Below are positions 1-8,745 of a stretch of 33,748 nucleotides of DNA, piece after piece. The notes under the pieces were generated by a model. The model was not told where the DNA came from. It did not search any database and saw nothing but the letters and a program-made list of their open reading frames with translations. This DNA is from a virus. The position numbers and the translations under genes are program-made. Position 1 is the first letter of the stretch; every line of letters begins with the position of its first letter. The stretch lies in UHGV virus genome UHGV-0125592, one strand, 5' to 3'.

Positions 1-286
1 TTGAATCGCCAGATATTCCTAGAATATGTCGGCCGGATGTAACATTGATATCGATCGTTTCTCCCGTATCAATTCTTGCATAGGATTTTCCATCAATAGT
101 TATTTCTACAAAGCATCCACCACCAGCAAACCATCCTTGATCTCGTGTAATTGTTATCACCGAGTCACCAGCCCCCTTCAGCAATACACGTTCAGATGGT
201 ACTTGTTTTGCAACGGTAGAATTCACCGCCGTGGTTGAACACCCAGCAACGCTAAGCGCAATTAGAAGCAGCAAAGTCTTTTTCAT
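1..286 (-). CDS. Putative lipoprotein, 5' part only (gene runs off the left edge)
   Basis: Reverse-strand ATG at 286 translates MKKTLLLLIALSVAGCSTTAV..., a signal peptide with lipobox LSVAGC; the frame stays open to position 1. Not in the ORF track because it is truncated by the window edge. Confidence 0.5.
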   Translation of the reverse strand, partial: MKKTLLLLIALSVAGCSTTAVNSTVAKQVPSERVLLKGAGDSVITITRDQGWFAGGGCFVEITIDGKSYARIDTGETIDINVTSGRHILGISGDS

Positions 287-340
287 ATCCCTATCACCTT
301 TGATTAATTTGCCAAAAGAGTAGCAGGGATCCGGTAACGA

Positions 341-363
341 CAAAACCCGCAGTTAAGCGGGTT
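341..363 (-). terminator. Intrinsic terminator downstream of the Rha antirepressor gene
   Basis: On the minus strand AACCCGC-TTAACT-GCGGGTT (7-bp stem) is followed by TTTTGTCGTT. Confidence 0.4.
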
Positions 364-396
364 GGGATAGCAAATCTATTTTAGATACTTTGGAGT

Positions 397-1128
397 TTAT
401 GCCACATCAGCGCCATGAATCAGATGGCGTAACGCATCAATCCCACTAGTGTTGTACCGGAACGTCTCAACTTGCTTACTGGAGTGAGCTGATTTATCCA
501 TCACAAAAATACCGTACTCGTCAGATTTGAGATTATTAGCATTTGCAACGCGCCCGATTTTCTGTGCTGACACACCAAGCATTTCACCTACTTCACTGGC
601 GCTATGATAGTGTTCTTCCACTTTTGGTAACGGTAGTAACTCAATACCAGCAGCATCGTTTACTGCTCGTGCCATAGCCGTTTGTTTGGCTATATCACCT
701 AACTTCGGCATAAACGATAACGCCAGGCTCATTGCCTCCACTTCCATCTTTATTGCGCGCGCTCTGCGATATTCCGGCAGGTGTGATGCTGATTTCTGCG
801 GAAGCATCTCTCCTGACTCAAGCTGACGCCAGCGTTTAGCCACTTTATGGCGTAGCGGAATGTTATAACCAGTCATCAGGGTCATGGTAAGGTCATGATC
901 AAGTTTAATTTCATCAATGACTACACGACCATTGTAAACCCGGCGCTTGATAGAAAACTCTTTAGAATCATAATCATCCAATTCTGGATAATGAAGATTT
1001 AGAGCTTCTAGCATTACCTCAATGTCACGAACTACGTGTGATGGATTCTTGCCAGTCAGCTTGGCAAGCTCGTGATGTGACATCATAGTGACAACAGATC
1101 GCGCATTTGCTACAGTTTGTTTAGTCAT
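397..1128 (-). CDS. Rha-family phage regulatory protein / antirepressor
   Basis: 243-aa ORF; N-terminus (MSHHELAKLTGKNPSHVVRDIEVMLEAL) matches the Rha-family pattern; AGGAA ribosome-binding site upstream of the ATG. Confidence 0.7.
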   Translation of the reverse strand: MTKQTVANARSVVTMMSHHELAKLTGKNPSHVVRDIEVMLEALNLHYPELDDYDSKEFSIKRRVYNGRVVIDEIKLDHDLTMTLMTGYNIPLRHKVAKRWRQLESGEMLPQKSASHLPEYRRARAIKMEVEAMSLALSFMPKLGDIAKQTAMARAVNDAAGIELLPLPKVEEHYHSASEVGEMLGVSAQKIGRVANANNLKSDEYGIFVMDKSAHSSKQVETFRYNTSGIDALRHLIHGADVA

Positions 1129-1161
1129 ATACGTTCCTACACGTTAATAGACTTCAATAGA

Positions 1162-1193
1162 CCGCCAGCAGCCACTGGCGGTTTTTCTTTTTG
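1162..1193 (+). terminator. Plus-strand intrinsic terminator between the two antirepressor genes (possible end of a Sar-like antisense RNA)
   Basis: CCGCCAG-CAGCCA-CTGGCGG hairpin followed by TTTTTCTTTTT on the plus strand, i.e. opposite to the flanking minus-strand genes. Confidence 0.45.
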
Positions 1194-1206
1194 CATTTAA
1201 GCAAGT

Positions 1207-1872
1207 TCAATAAATCCTCGGTCGTTCTCCCTGTTGAAGTTGTTGATCAGCATATTCCTTAATCATGTACATGAAGGCAGCTCCGTCATTAAAACGATCA
1301 TGAAGGCGACCAGCCAAAGGTGACTCTATTGCCCTCAAAGCCGGTTCTATCTGGTTAAACCATGCTTCACACATAACCTCGAAATAATCGAACATTGCGT
1401 TTGCATTGTGGGCGTGTATTTCTCTATTGCTGAGCATCTTCGATGCTGGAATATTTATAGACACCTCACGATCCAGAATATCTAACACCCAGCGTCGGAA
1501 TTCTTTAGCAACCGGAGTTCTCGCAAACATAGCGACCATGTGTGCACCACGTAGAGAAAAAACTCGAGTTTCTTGATGCCCACTAGGGGTGGTCAACTTG
1601 ACCACCCTCGACATTCTTTGCGTAAATTCATCAGAATGCCTTGAATAGATGCGCTGCACAGCTTTATCGTCCGCATACTGTAATGCATAACCAATCTGAT
1701 TAGCGGTCAGCCAAATGCCATCTTTATCAGAAATGCTCTGCAGAGATACGTCTTGGAAGTTAAGCTCAATTTTGGTTACACTATTCATGTCGATATCTCC
1801 TTTGCCGGATTTGTTCGATAAGAGGCCCAGAGTGTTAGCGCACTTCTGGGCTTCGCTACTTTTAACGACCAT
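1207..1872 (-). CDS. ant: Bro-N domain antirepressor (Ant-like)
   Basis: 221-aa ORF with Bro-N-like segment (WLTANQIGYALQY...VFSLRGAHMVAMFARTPVAKEFRRWVLDIL); start overlaps the stop of the upstream arc-like gene; AAGAGG ribosome-binding site. Confidence 0.7.
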   Translation of the reverse strand: MVVKSSEAQKCANTLGLLSNKSGKGDIDMNSVTKIELNFQDVSLQSISDKDGIWLTANQIGYALQYADDKAVQRIYSRHSDEFTQRMSRVVKLTTPSGHQETRVFSLRGAHMVAMFARTPVAKEFRRWVLDILDREVSINIPASKMLSNREIHAHNANAMFDYFEVMCEAWFNQIEPALRAIESPLAGRLHDRFNDGAAFMYMIKEYADQQLQQGERPRIY

Positions 1873-2035
1873 TTTCTACCTCTTCCCTCACTCCTTTTGC
1901 CAATAAACGAACAATCGCGGAGTTTAGTGAAATGCAGTCCATTTCCGCCAATCTCCTGATATCCTGGTCTAATCTCGCTGGTAAGCGAAGGTTACGTTTA
2001 ATGTTCTTTCTTTCTGTATAAAGTGAATCTTTCAT
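1862..2035 (-). CDS. arc: Arc-like ribbon-helix-helix repressor
   Basis: 57-aa product from ATG at 2035 (MKDSLYTERKNIKRNLRLPARLDQDIRRLAE...), small basic RHH pattern like P22 Arc; AAGGAG 7 nt upstream; co-directional with and overlapping ant. Confidence 0.65.
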   Translation of the reverse strand: MKDSLYTERKNIKRNLRLPARLDQDIRRLAEMDCISLNSAIVRLLAKGVREEVENGR

Positions 2036-2144
2036 TAAATTCTCCTTTTGGGGCCAAGTTAACACCTGATGTTAAGTTAACACCATTGCGATAGATGTCA
2101 AGTTGGCCCCATAATAATTTTATACAATCTTTGTAGGTGATGTG
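2036..2144. promoter_or_regulatory. Divergent promoter/operator region between arc-like and mnt-like genes
   Basis: Direct repeats AAGTTAACACC at 2056-2066 and 2074-2084 (each contains palindromic GTTAAC); inverted repeat GGGGCCAA (2050-2057) / TTGGCCCC (2103-2110). Confidence 0.5.
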
Positions 2145-2501
2145 ATGAGCAAGTACCCGAGCCAAATGCAAGACAAATTCAACCTACGCTTCCCTGACGG
2201 AATGCGTGACGTTATAGCTGAGCGAGCAAAGCGCAATGGAAGATCCATGAATTCAGAGATAGTGGATATAATTGCAAATGCTATATCACAACCGGCTTTA
2301 GCACAGGAGGGTATTGAATTCATTCTTGGCCTAACGGAGCCCGAAGAATTTGCAAAGCTAAACGATAAAGAGAAGGAAAAAGTTCAGGGAGTTCTAACAG
2401 ATGCCGCGGCCATAATGGCAAGAAACATAGAAACTGAAAGCGCCAATTTAAGGAAAATATTATTTCTACTATCCCAAGGCAGCCCCCTTCAGAAGGAGTG
2501 A
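2145..2501 (+). CDS. mnt: Mnt-like ribbon-helix-helix repressor
   Basis: N-terminus QMQDKFNLRFPDGMRDVIAERAKRNGRSMNSEIVDIIANAI resembles the Arc/Mnt DNA-binding motif (P22 Arc: MPQFNLRWPREVLDLVRKVAEENGRSVNSEIYQRV); longer C-terminal tail as in Mnt; divergent from arc-ant. AGGTGA ribosome-binding site. Confidence 0.65.
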   Translation: MSKYPSQMQDKFNLRFPDGMRDVIAERAKRNGRSMNSEIVDIIANAISQPALAQEGIEFILGLTEPEEFAKLNDKEKEKVQGVLTDAAAIMARNIETESANLRKILFLLSQGSPLQKE

Positions 2502-2510
2502 GACTCCATT

Positions 2511-3230
2511 CTAATAGGGTTTAACTAAATCCTTGTAGCGCAGTACCTTCATCGTCCGTTCCTGCCAGTATCCGCCATACGGAACACGCTGGCTCAAATG
2601 GCCATAAAGATGGTGGAGTAACATGTTACCTTCCAGCAGGATCCCTGCATGGTTCCACTTATTAGCCTGGACCTGCATGATAACCATATCACCTGGCTGC
2701 GGTACGCCACTGAATTCACGGAAGCCGCACTCATACCAGCAATCGTGGTAGAAGTTTTCGGGGTAACTGTCTTCCCACCAGGGATAATCGACGCGGTAAT
2801 CCTTCAGTTCAATACCATGCTTCTGCCTGAAGTAACTCATCACCAGCCCCCAGCAATCGAAGTGACCGAGCACAAATGGGCGCTCCAGTAGCGGCAGCTC
2901 GCCCCGCGGCTGGATAGTACGTACATCCCCCTCCGGCCAGCTGACGATATGCCAGGGAAGTAACGTAGCGTCACACTGTGCCTTATCCAGTTCGCTCGCC
3001 TGCGTCGTGGCATCCGGGTGGCTGTGGACAATGGCAATCACTGTTCCCCAGTCTTCGGCAGCGGCGTAATCTTCCGGCGACAGGTGGAAATGCTCTGTCG
3101 GATCGGTTGCCAGATTACGGCAGGGAATGTACCGCTGCACCCTGCTTTTTTGCACCACTACGCCGCAGCATTCGCGCGGATATTCAGCAGCAGCATGCGC
3201 CATAATAGCGTCGATAATTTTCTGACGCAT
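2511..3230 (-). CDS. Tail assembly protein K (MPN/JAMM plus NlpC/P60 domains)
   Basis: JAMM motif HSHPDATTQASELD and a Cys/His NlpC/P60-like C-terminal region; sits at the lambda K position next to L. Confidence 0.85.
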   Translation of the reverse strand: MRQKIIDAIMAHAAAEYPRECCGVVVQKSRVQRYIPCRNLATDPTEHFHLSPEDYAAAEDWGTVIAIVHSHPDATTQASELDKAQCDATLLPWHIVSWPEGDVRTIQPRGELPLLERPFVLGHFDCWGLVMSYFRQKHGIELKDYRVDYPWWEDSYPENFYHDCWYECGFREFSGVPQPGDMVIMQVQANKWNHAGILLEGNMLLHHLYGHLSQRVPYGGYWQERTMKVLRYKDLVKPY

Positions 3231-3231
3231 A

Positions 3232-3987
3232 TCAGCTCCTGATCAGGGATGTGCCAGGGAAGCCACCGAACGGCAACTCGTTCCCCTCGCCATGCCTCAA
3301 CTTGCACGCAGTGAGCGTACCGGGGCATTCATCGAGTGACGGATCGTTAACCGGGTTGTTGTGCTTGTCGAAATAACGCGTTCCGGCATAGTCACATCCA
3401 TCACCTGAGCGATATTTGTTACGGATACACCAGGTACAAAGCGAATGTAGCTGGCGCGTCGGGATCATCAGCCCCTGCAGGTCCATTGGACTGGACAACG
3501 TAAACGCCACCACCTCGTTGGTTTCAGTGCTCTTGGCGTCAATGTAAAACACCTTCAGCTTTTCCTGCTGCGGATCCGCTGACGGGTTGCCCTCCGGATA
3601 GTTTTTCGCATCCAGATACTGCGCCAGCGTGTCATGAATCGTGACCTTTGCCTGCAGCAGGTCATCATAAGCAAGACACAGCGCCGTAATGGAACTGTCC
3701 AGGTTAGCGACCGACAGCGTCGGTTGCGCGCTGGTCCCGTCGGTCGCCGTCTCAATACCCTCTATCTGGCAGGGCCAGGCTTTATATTCCTGCCCCTGCC
3801 ACCAGATCGATTTCGCCGGTAGCTTATTTTCATCTCCACCAGCAGCGGCAATTTCATCGGGAGTGTGGGCAATATTGTGGGCGTGGAAGCGGAGAACGTC
3901 GGAAACACCAAATGCGGTGCCATCGACATCAAAAAGCCGGACAGCATTGCCCGGCTCAAGTTTCTGATAATCACTGTTTAAGTTCAT
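3232..3987 (-). CDS. Minor tail protein L
   Basis: 251 aa; similarity to lambda gpL including the C-terminal Cys cluster (CTWCIRNKYRSGDGCDY...CPGTLTAC); position between M and K. Confidence 0.85.
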   Translation of the reverse strand: MNLNSDYQKLEPGNAVRLFDVDGTAFGVSDVLRFHAHNIAHTPDEIAAAGGDENKLPAKSIWWQGQEYKAWPCQIEGIETATDGTSAQPTLSVANLDSSITALCLAYDDLLQAKVTIHDTLAQYLDAKNYPEGNPSADPQQEKLKVFYIDAKSTETNEVVAFTLSSPMDLQGLMIPTRQLHSLCTWCIRNKYRSGDGCDYAGTRYFDKHNNPVNDPSLDECPGTLTACKLRHGEGNELPFGGFPGTSLIRS

Positions 3988-4331
3988 GGTGCAAATGCCT
4001 GTTCAAACGTGGCCGAAACGGTTTCCACCGTTTTACTTTTGGTGACTCGCTGCATGCTGTCTGCCTCAACGCGCCACAGCGCAAGATCACCGCCTGGCGG
4101 GGTAAACGAAAATGATTTCGTCTTATGGCGCCGCAGGAAAGCATAAATATCCCGGACGGTTTGCGGTTCGCCGGTAAATGAAAACTCATAACTGAGCGTT
4201 TCATCATTCATCCCGGCACCTGACACCTGCTTATAGCCATCACCAAACTGCGCCGTGCGGACGGTATCCTTACTTTTCAGGGTCGGCTGGCTGGATGCTT
4301 TAATCCGCCATGCAAAATGTTCGATCGCCAT
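3984..4331 (-). CDS. Minor tail protein M
   Basis: 115 aa, lambda gpM size and position; overlaps L start. Confidence 0.8.
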   Translation of the reverse strand: MAIEHFAWRIKASSQPTLKSKDTVRTAQFGDGYKQVSGAGMNDETLSYEFSFTGEPQTVRDIYAFLRRHKTKSFSFTPPGGDLALWRVEADSMQRVTKSKTVETVSATFEQAFAP

Positions 4332-4334
4332 TGC

Positions 4335-6851
4335 TTACCTCTGTTTTGTTGCATTCCAGATGATGCCGCCGGGCCGGACTTCTCTGGTGATACCTTCCCT
4401 GATGGAACTGTTGATCACCTGCTGATAGGCTTTCCCAAGCGCATCGCCGCTACCTTTCTGTTGACCGGAATCCCCCTGGCCTGTTGTAACCGAAACCGGT
4501 GCATACACGCTGACGCCAAAAGGAGAAGCAACGCCACCGCCACTCCCCCCGACCAGACCGCCAGTCGCATAACCACGCATCATGCGATAAAGGTTGCCGA
4601 CACCGATTCGGTTAGTGGCCTCCTGCGTAAAGACAAACTCTCCACGGTGCACCACACCTGCAGGCTCATACTTGCCGCCGGAGCCGGTATAACCACCGCC
4701 AGCAAAACCCAGCGCTGACGTGGCGGAACTGACCAGGCCAACCATGGCCTGCTTCATCAGGATCTGCGTCAGCATCGACAATGTGGAACGGGTGAAATCA
4801 GCCCAGTTTGCTTTCCCTGTCGTCAGCATATCGGCCATGTTCTGACTGATGCCATCGAATGTGGCTGAAGCAGCGGACTTCATCGAACCATAGGCATCAG
4901 CAGCTGAATCGGCATAGTCCGCCCAGGCGGATTTTGCCCCGGCCTGCCAGTCGCTACGGAGCTCATCCTGTGCGGCATAGTATTCCTTCAGCGCCGCCAG
5001 CTCGTTCTGATAGCCCTGATCGGAATCCGTTCCGCCGGCATTCATCCAGCCCTGCCGCAACTGCGCCTCTTCGTTTTGTCGCTGCGCACCGCGACTGCTC
5101 ATGCTGCCCCCGGCCACCAGCGCTCGGGTCTTCTCCCCGATCTTGGTAACGTACTTCTGCGAGCTGTCCTGCAGGCGGTTTAACCGCTCCTGGGCAACAA
5201 TCTGATCACCCAGTCGGGCATTCACTTCGGCCCGCGCCAGTACCTCGTCTTTGTTCGCCAGCACCGATTTTTCATCGGCGGTCAGCGCGCGCTTTTTGGC
5301 GGCCTCTTCCAGCACCGAAAAGCGGGATTGCTGTTTCCACAATTCCTGCCGCTGCTGGCTGATGGTATCCGTGATGCTCTTATGCTCCTGCAAAGTGCGT
5401 AACTGCGCCTCCAGCTCGAGCGTCTGCGCGCTGGCAGCATCGACACTTTTTACGCCTGCAGGTGTTTTCACTGCTGACGGCTTTTTAGGCTTCTTCAGTG
5501 AGTCGTCGTATTCCTTCTTAGCGGCTGCCATCAGAATGTTGTAATCAGCCTGGAGGATACGTCCGTCTTTGATGGCCTGATTATATTCTTTCTGTTTTGC
5601 CGTAAATTTATCCAAAGCTGATTCGGTCTTTGAATATGCAGCCTGCGCCTGCGCGGCATACTTCTGGCGATCAGACTCAATCACCGCCTCGCGTGCGGCG
5701 TTATCCTCAGTTGCCTTTGCCACACTGGCCTGCTGCTGCGCCATTTCCAGTGCAAGGCGTGCAGATTCCCGATCGTTCCAGTAGCTGGCGCGCGCATCAT
5801 CATTGACATAACCATCACCTTTACGCAGATTCCAGATTTCATCCGCCCGCTTAAAGGCCGCTTCAGCTTTGGCAACCATCTCCTGCGTGGTGTCAGGCCG
5901 GCCGATATCGAGCGCCGCATCCCACATCGATTTAAAGGCACGCTTCAGGCTGTCGGCAGCAGTCTCAATCGACCCCATATTGTCGCGCAGGCTCTTTGTC
6001 TGCTCACGAAAACCATTCGTCGCCGCATCATTAGCCGCCTGCAGCGCCCCGGCTTCATCCCCGGCACGTTGCAGCTGTGCCACATAAGCAATCTGTTCCG
6101 CTGTGACGTTATGGAACTGCTGCGCCATGGCAATCAGACCAGAGGTCGGATCGTTCGTCAGTTTGCCGAATGCCGCCGCCACCTTATCGACCGGCACACC
6201 CGACGCATCGGTGAATTTCGCTACCGCCTGACTCATATCATCGAACCGGGCACCGGCACGCACTCCGGCGTTAACCAGCTCCGTCAGCGCGTTGCTGGTC
6301 TGGTTAAACGTGAGTCCCGCCTGCTCGCCGGATTTCGCCAGAACCAGCATGCGGTTTGAGGTCAGCCCGGCAGTGTTTCCGGACAGGACCAGCGTTTTGT
6401 TGAAATCAGACAGCGTGGACGAGCCCTGATACCAGGCGTAAACCACCGCACCGGTGGCGGCTGCCAGCGCGCCAACCCCCACCATCACCGGCGATATGGT
6501 GCCCAGCAGCGCCCTGAAGGTCGGCATGATACCGCCGAAGGAGTCTTTAACCTGACCACCCTGCTGCAGCAAAATGAGCCATGGGCTTTGACCACCGGCC
6601 AGCTGGGTGGCGATATCCGTAAACTGCGCAGGCAGCATACGCATCGCGGCGTTGTACTGGCCTACAGAAATACCGGCCTTCTTCGCCGCGCTCTCCTGGC
6701 GGGTAAATGACTGCTGCACCTTCAGCGCAGAGTCATTCGCTGCGTCACCCGTCTGCTTAAACTGCCGTTTTACGTACTCCATCTGTTCGTTGAACTTTGA
6801 CGAGTTAACATCAAGGTTAACGACCAGGTCACCCACTGCCGTCTGGGCCAT
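4335..6851 (-). CDS. Tail tape measure protein (gpH-like)
   Basis: 838-aa Ala/Gln-rich coiled-coil protein with Gly-rich C-terminus, downstream of G-T as in lambda. Confidence 0.9.
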   Translation of the reverse strand: MAQTAVGDLVVNLDVNSSKFNEQMEYVKRQFKQTGDAANDSALKVQQSFTRQESAAKKAGISVGQYNAAMRMLPAQFTDIATQLAGGQSPWLILLQQGGQVKDSFGGIMPTFRALLGTISPVMVGVGALAAATGAVVYAWYQGSSTLSDFNKTLVLSGNTAGLTSNRMLVLAKSGEQAGLTFNQTSNALTELVNAGVRAGARFDDMSQAVAKFTDASGVPVDKVAAAFGKLTNDPTSGLIAMAQQFHNVTAEQIAYVAQLQRAGDEAGALQAANDAATNGFREQTKSLRDNMGSIETAADSLKRAFKSMWDAALDIGRPDTTQEMVAKAEAAFKRADEIWNLRKGDGYVNDDARASYWNDRESARLALEMAQQQASVAKATEDNAAREAVIESDRQKYAAQAQAAYSKTESALDKFTAKQKEYNQAIKDGRILQADYNILMAAAKKEYDDSLKKPKKPSAVKTPAGVKSVDAASAQTLELEAQLRTLQEHKSITDTISQQRQELWKQQSRFSVLEEAAKKRALTADEKSVLANKDEVLARAEVNARLGDQIVAQERLNRLQDSSQKYVTKIGEKTRALVAGGSMSSRGAQRQNEEAQLRQGWMNAGGTDSDQGYQNELAALKEYYAAQDELRSDWQAGAKSAWADYADSAADAYGSMKSAASATFDGISQNMADMLTTGKANWADFTRSTLSMLTQILMKQAMVGLVSSATSALGFAGGGYTGSGGKYEPAGVVHRGEFVFTQEATNRIGVGNLYRMMRGYATGGLVGGSGGGVASPFGVSVYAPVSVTTGQGDSGQQKGSGDALGKAYQQVINSSIREGITREVRPGGIIWNATKQR

Positions 6852-7176
6852 AGCGAACGCCTCCTGAAATGCCCTCGGCCTTTGCCATCAGCACAGCATC
6901 ACCGGGTTCATCGTCGGCAATATCCTCCGCAGAAGGTGAAAGCAGGCTGAAGCTGGCAGGGGTTGATGTGGTTTTGGGGTCAAGCGCGGTAATGACGATA
7001 TGCATCAGCGAGGAAAAATGTGCATCTAGTTGCGCATCATTAAAAAAATTGTCCTGGTAGAACGTTCGCCAGTCGGCGTATTCCGTTGACGACATACCAG
7101 CAAGCATGGCGCGCCAGTCCGGGCGGCGAAATTCACGCGCCAGTTTCAGGACGAATGTCAGCTCACTGGCGAGGAC
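6829..7176 (-). CDS. Tail assembly chaperone T segment (expressed as G-T fusion by programmed -1 frameshift)
   Basis: The T reading frame is -1 relative to G and stays open from the slip region at 7176-7182 through MLAGMSSTEY... to the stop at 6829; lambda G/T arrangement. Confidence 0.7.
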   Translation of the reverse strand, partial: VLASELTFVLKLAREFRRPDWRAMLAGMSSTEYADWRTFYQDNFFNDAQLDAHFSSLMHIVITALDPKTTSTPASFSLLSPSAEDIADDEPGDAVLMAKAEGISGGVRYGPDGSG

Positions 7177-7565
7177 TTTTCCAGACTGACCGGCTCAGTC
7201 ACTGCGACATCCTCCGGATCATTCGCTTCCTGCAAAGGCACCATGCCGGACAGCAGCTTTACGCTGTACTCTGCTGCGGAAACAATCTCCAGCGGCCAGG
7301 TCATCAGCACTTCATTCTGGATCTGCTCTACGTCTTCTTTTGGCGTTTTGTGCGTCCCTTTCAGAGGATGCCCATGCCATAACGACATGGCCACCAGGAG
7401 TGCGCCGGATTTAATCGTCATTTCCATCGCCGCCTGCATGTCGGTATCAGTGATACTTTCCAGCGACTTCAGGTGTTCAAGATGCTCAATACGCTGCAGT
7501 GCCGACAGTTCGTAGAGCGTGACTGTATTACCGTTACGTTCGAACGGTTCACTTTTTAAAAACAT
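7158..7565 (-). CDS. Tail assembly chaperone G
   Basis: 135 aa; N-terminus MFLKSEPFERNGNTVTLYELSALQRIEHLEHL closely resembles lambda gpG; followed by the overlapping T frame. Confidence 0.85.
   Translation of the reverse strand: MFLKSEPFERNGNTVTLYELSALQRIEHLEHLKSLESITDTDMQAAMEMTIKSGALLVAMSLWHGHPLKGTHKTPKEDVEQIQNEVLMTWPLEIVSAAEYSVKLLSGMVPLQEANDPEDVAVTEPVSLEKSSPVS
7176..7182 (-). other. Putative -1 ribosomal frameshift site (GGAAAAG on the coding strand) for the G-T fusion
   Basis: Heptamer CTG-GAA-AAG sits near the end of G where the -1 frame becomes open; lambda uses GGGAAAG at the equivalent place. Confidence 0.5.
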
Positions 7566-7601
7566 GGGTTACTCCGGAAAGCGGGGCCACAGCCCCGGAG
7601 G

Positions 7602-8339
7602 TCAGGAAACGGTGACTTTACAGGTCGCGACAAACAACCCGTCATTGGTCATTACGATAATGTCGGCGGTTCCGGCGGCAATGCCGGTGACCGTCAGCAC
7701 CGTACCGGCGACAGCCACCGTGGCTTTACCTGCATCCGTGGTGGTGGCCCGGAAAGATGGATCGCTTGCGCTGGCTGGCGCCACGGTGACATTCAGCGTG
7801 GTGGTGGCAGCAACTGCAACGGTGGCGGTCGATTTATCCAGGCTGACTCCAGTTACGGCAATCGCTGCAGCAGCAGTGTCTTCAGCAAGGCCTGGCTTAC
7901 CGTTATTGCTGATTTTTACAGAACGGGTAATGGTGTCTTTTGCTGTCACCGTTTTGCCCAGGCTACTTACCCAGCCACGGAACACATCGATGGCGCCATT
8001 CGGGTATTTGATTTTGTACGCCAGCACGGTACCGTCATCAAACCAGCGAACCAGATCCTGCTGCCCGCTCTCAGCAGGTTTCCAGGCCAGCGTAAAACTG
8101 GCCTCGCCCGCCGATTTCTGCCCCTGCGCGGTAGCAGTCCAGTCGGCATCATCGTCATCCAGATAGGTATCATCGTTTGATTCGGCAGTCAGTTCACCGG
8201 GCTGCAGATCTTTAATCTTTGCCAGGCGCGTCCAGTCAACATCCGATAATGGGTTAGCGAACGGGTTGCCCGATCCGGAATAAATCCAGAGCGTGGTGGT
8301 GGCACCCTTTACTGGCGCCAGTGGGTTTGGTGTAGTCAT
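7602..8339 (-). CDS. Major tail protein V with C-terminal Ig-like domain
   Basis: 245 aa; lambda gpV size and position; Thr/Ala/Val-rich C-terminal Ig-like segment. Confidence 0.85.
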   Translation of the reverse strand: MTTPNPLAPVKGATTTLWIYSGSGNPFANPLSDVDWTRLAKIKDLQPGELTAESNDDTYLDDDDADWTATAQGQKSAGEASFTLAWKPAESGQQDLVRWFDDGTVLAYKIKYPNGAIDVFRGWVSSLGKTVTAKDTITRSVKISNNGKPGLAEDTAAAAIAVTGVSLDKSTATVAVAATTTLNVTVAPASASDPSFRATTTDAGKATVAVAGTVLTVTGIAAGTADIIVMTNDGLFVATCKVTVS

Positions 8340-8346
8340 TACGTCC

Positions 8347-8745
8347 TCACATAATGTAGCTGATGGAATAACTGAGGTCGGCAGATCCCCACGTCATGGC
8401 CTCTTCATCGCGCTGATAGTCATATCCCTGAGCCGCCATCAATTCGAGAAGATTTGCCAGTTCGGGAACATCAGCCATTGCCGGATAGATGCGGTCCTCC
8501 ATCCAGGAATCCAGAGCACTGTCTGTAGCCGTGGCTTTCAGAAACACCTCAACATGCAGCACGGCTGTCCACATATCTTCATCAACACTTTCATCCGAGG
8601 CCCGGGCGTCAGAAAGGTAAACCGCTACCGCCGGAAGATCCTGCTCATCCAGAAACCCAGGACGACCGTCGAACCATGTCACTGCATCTGAGATATTGCG
8701 CTGGAGCGCGGTTAGTACGGCTTTGCGGATATCACTGTTTTTCAT
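8347..8745 (-). CDS. Tail terminator protein U
   Basis: 132 aa at the lambda U position between Z and V. Confidence 0.75.
   Translation of the reverse strand: MKNSDIRKAVLTALQRNISDAVTWFDGRPGFLDEQDLPAVAVYLSDARASDESVDEDMWTAVLHVEVFLKATATDSALDSWMEDRIYPAMADVPELANLLELMAAQGYDYQRDEEAMTWGSADLSYSISYIM

Noticed and set aside
4859-6359. Several 60-100-aa plus-strand ORFs inside the tape measure gene
   Set aside because: All are antisense or alternate-frame ORFs within a long, GC-rich, confidently assigned gene; compositions (Arg/Ser/Pro-rich) are typical of frame artefacts.
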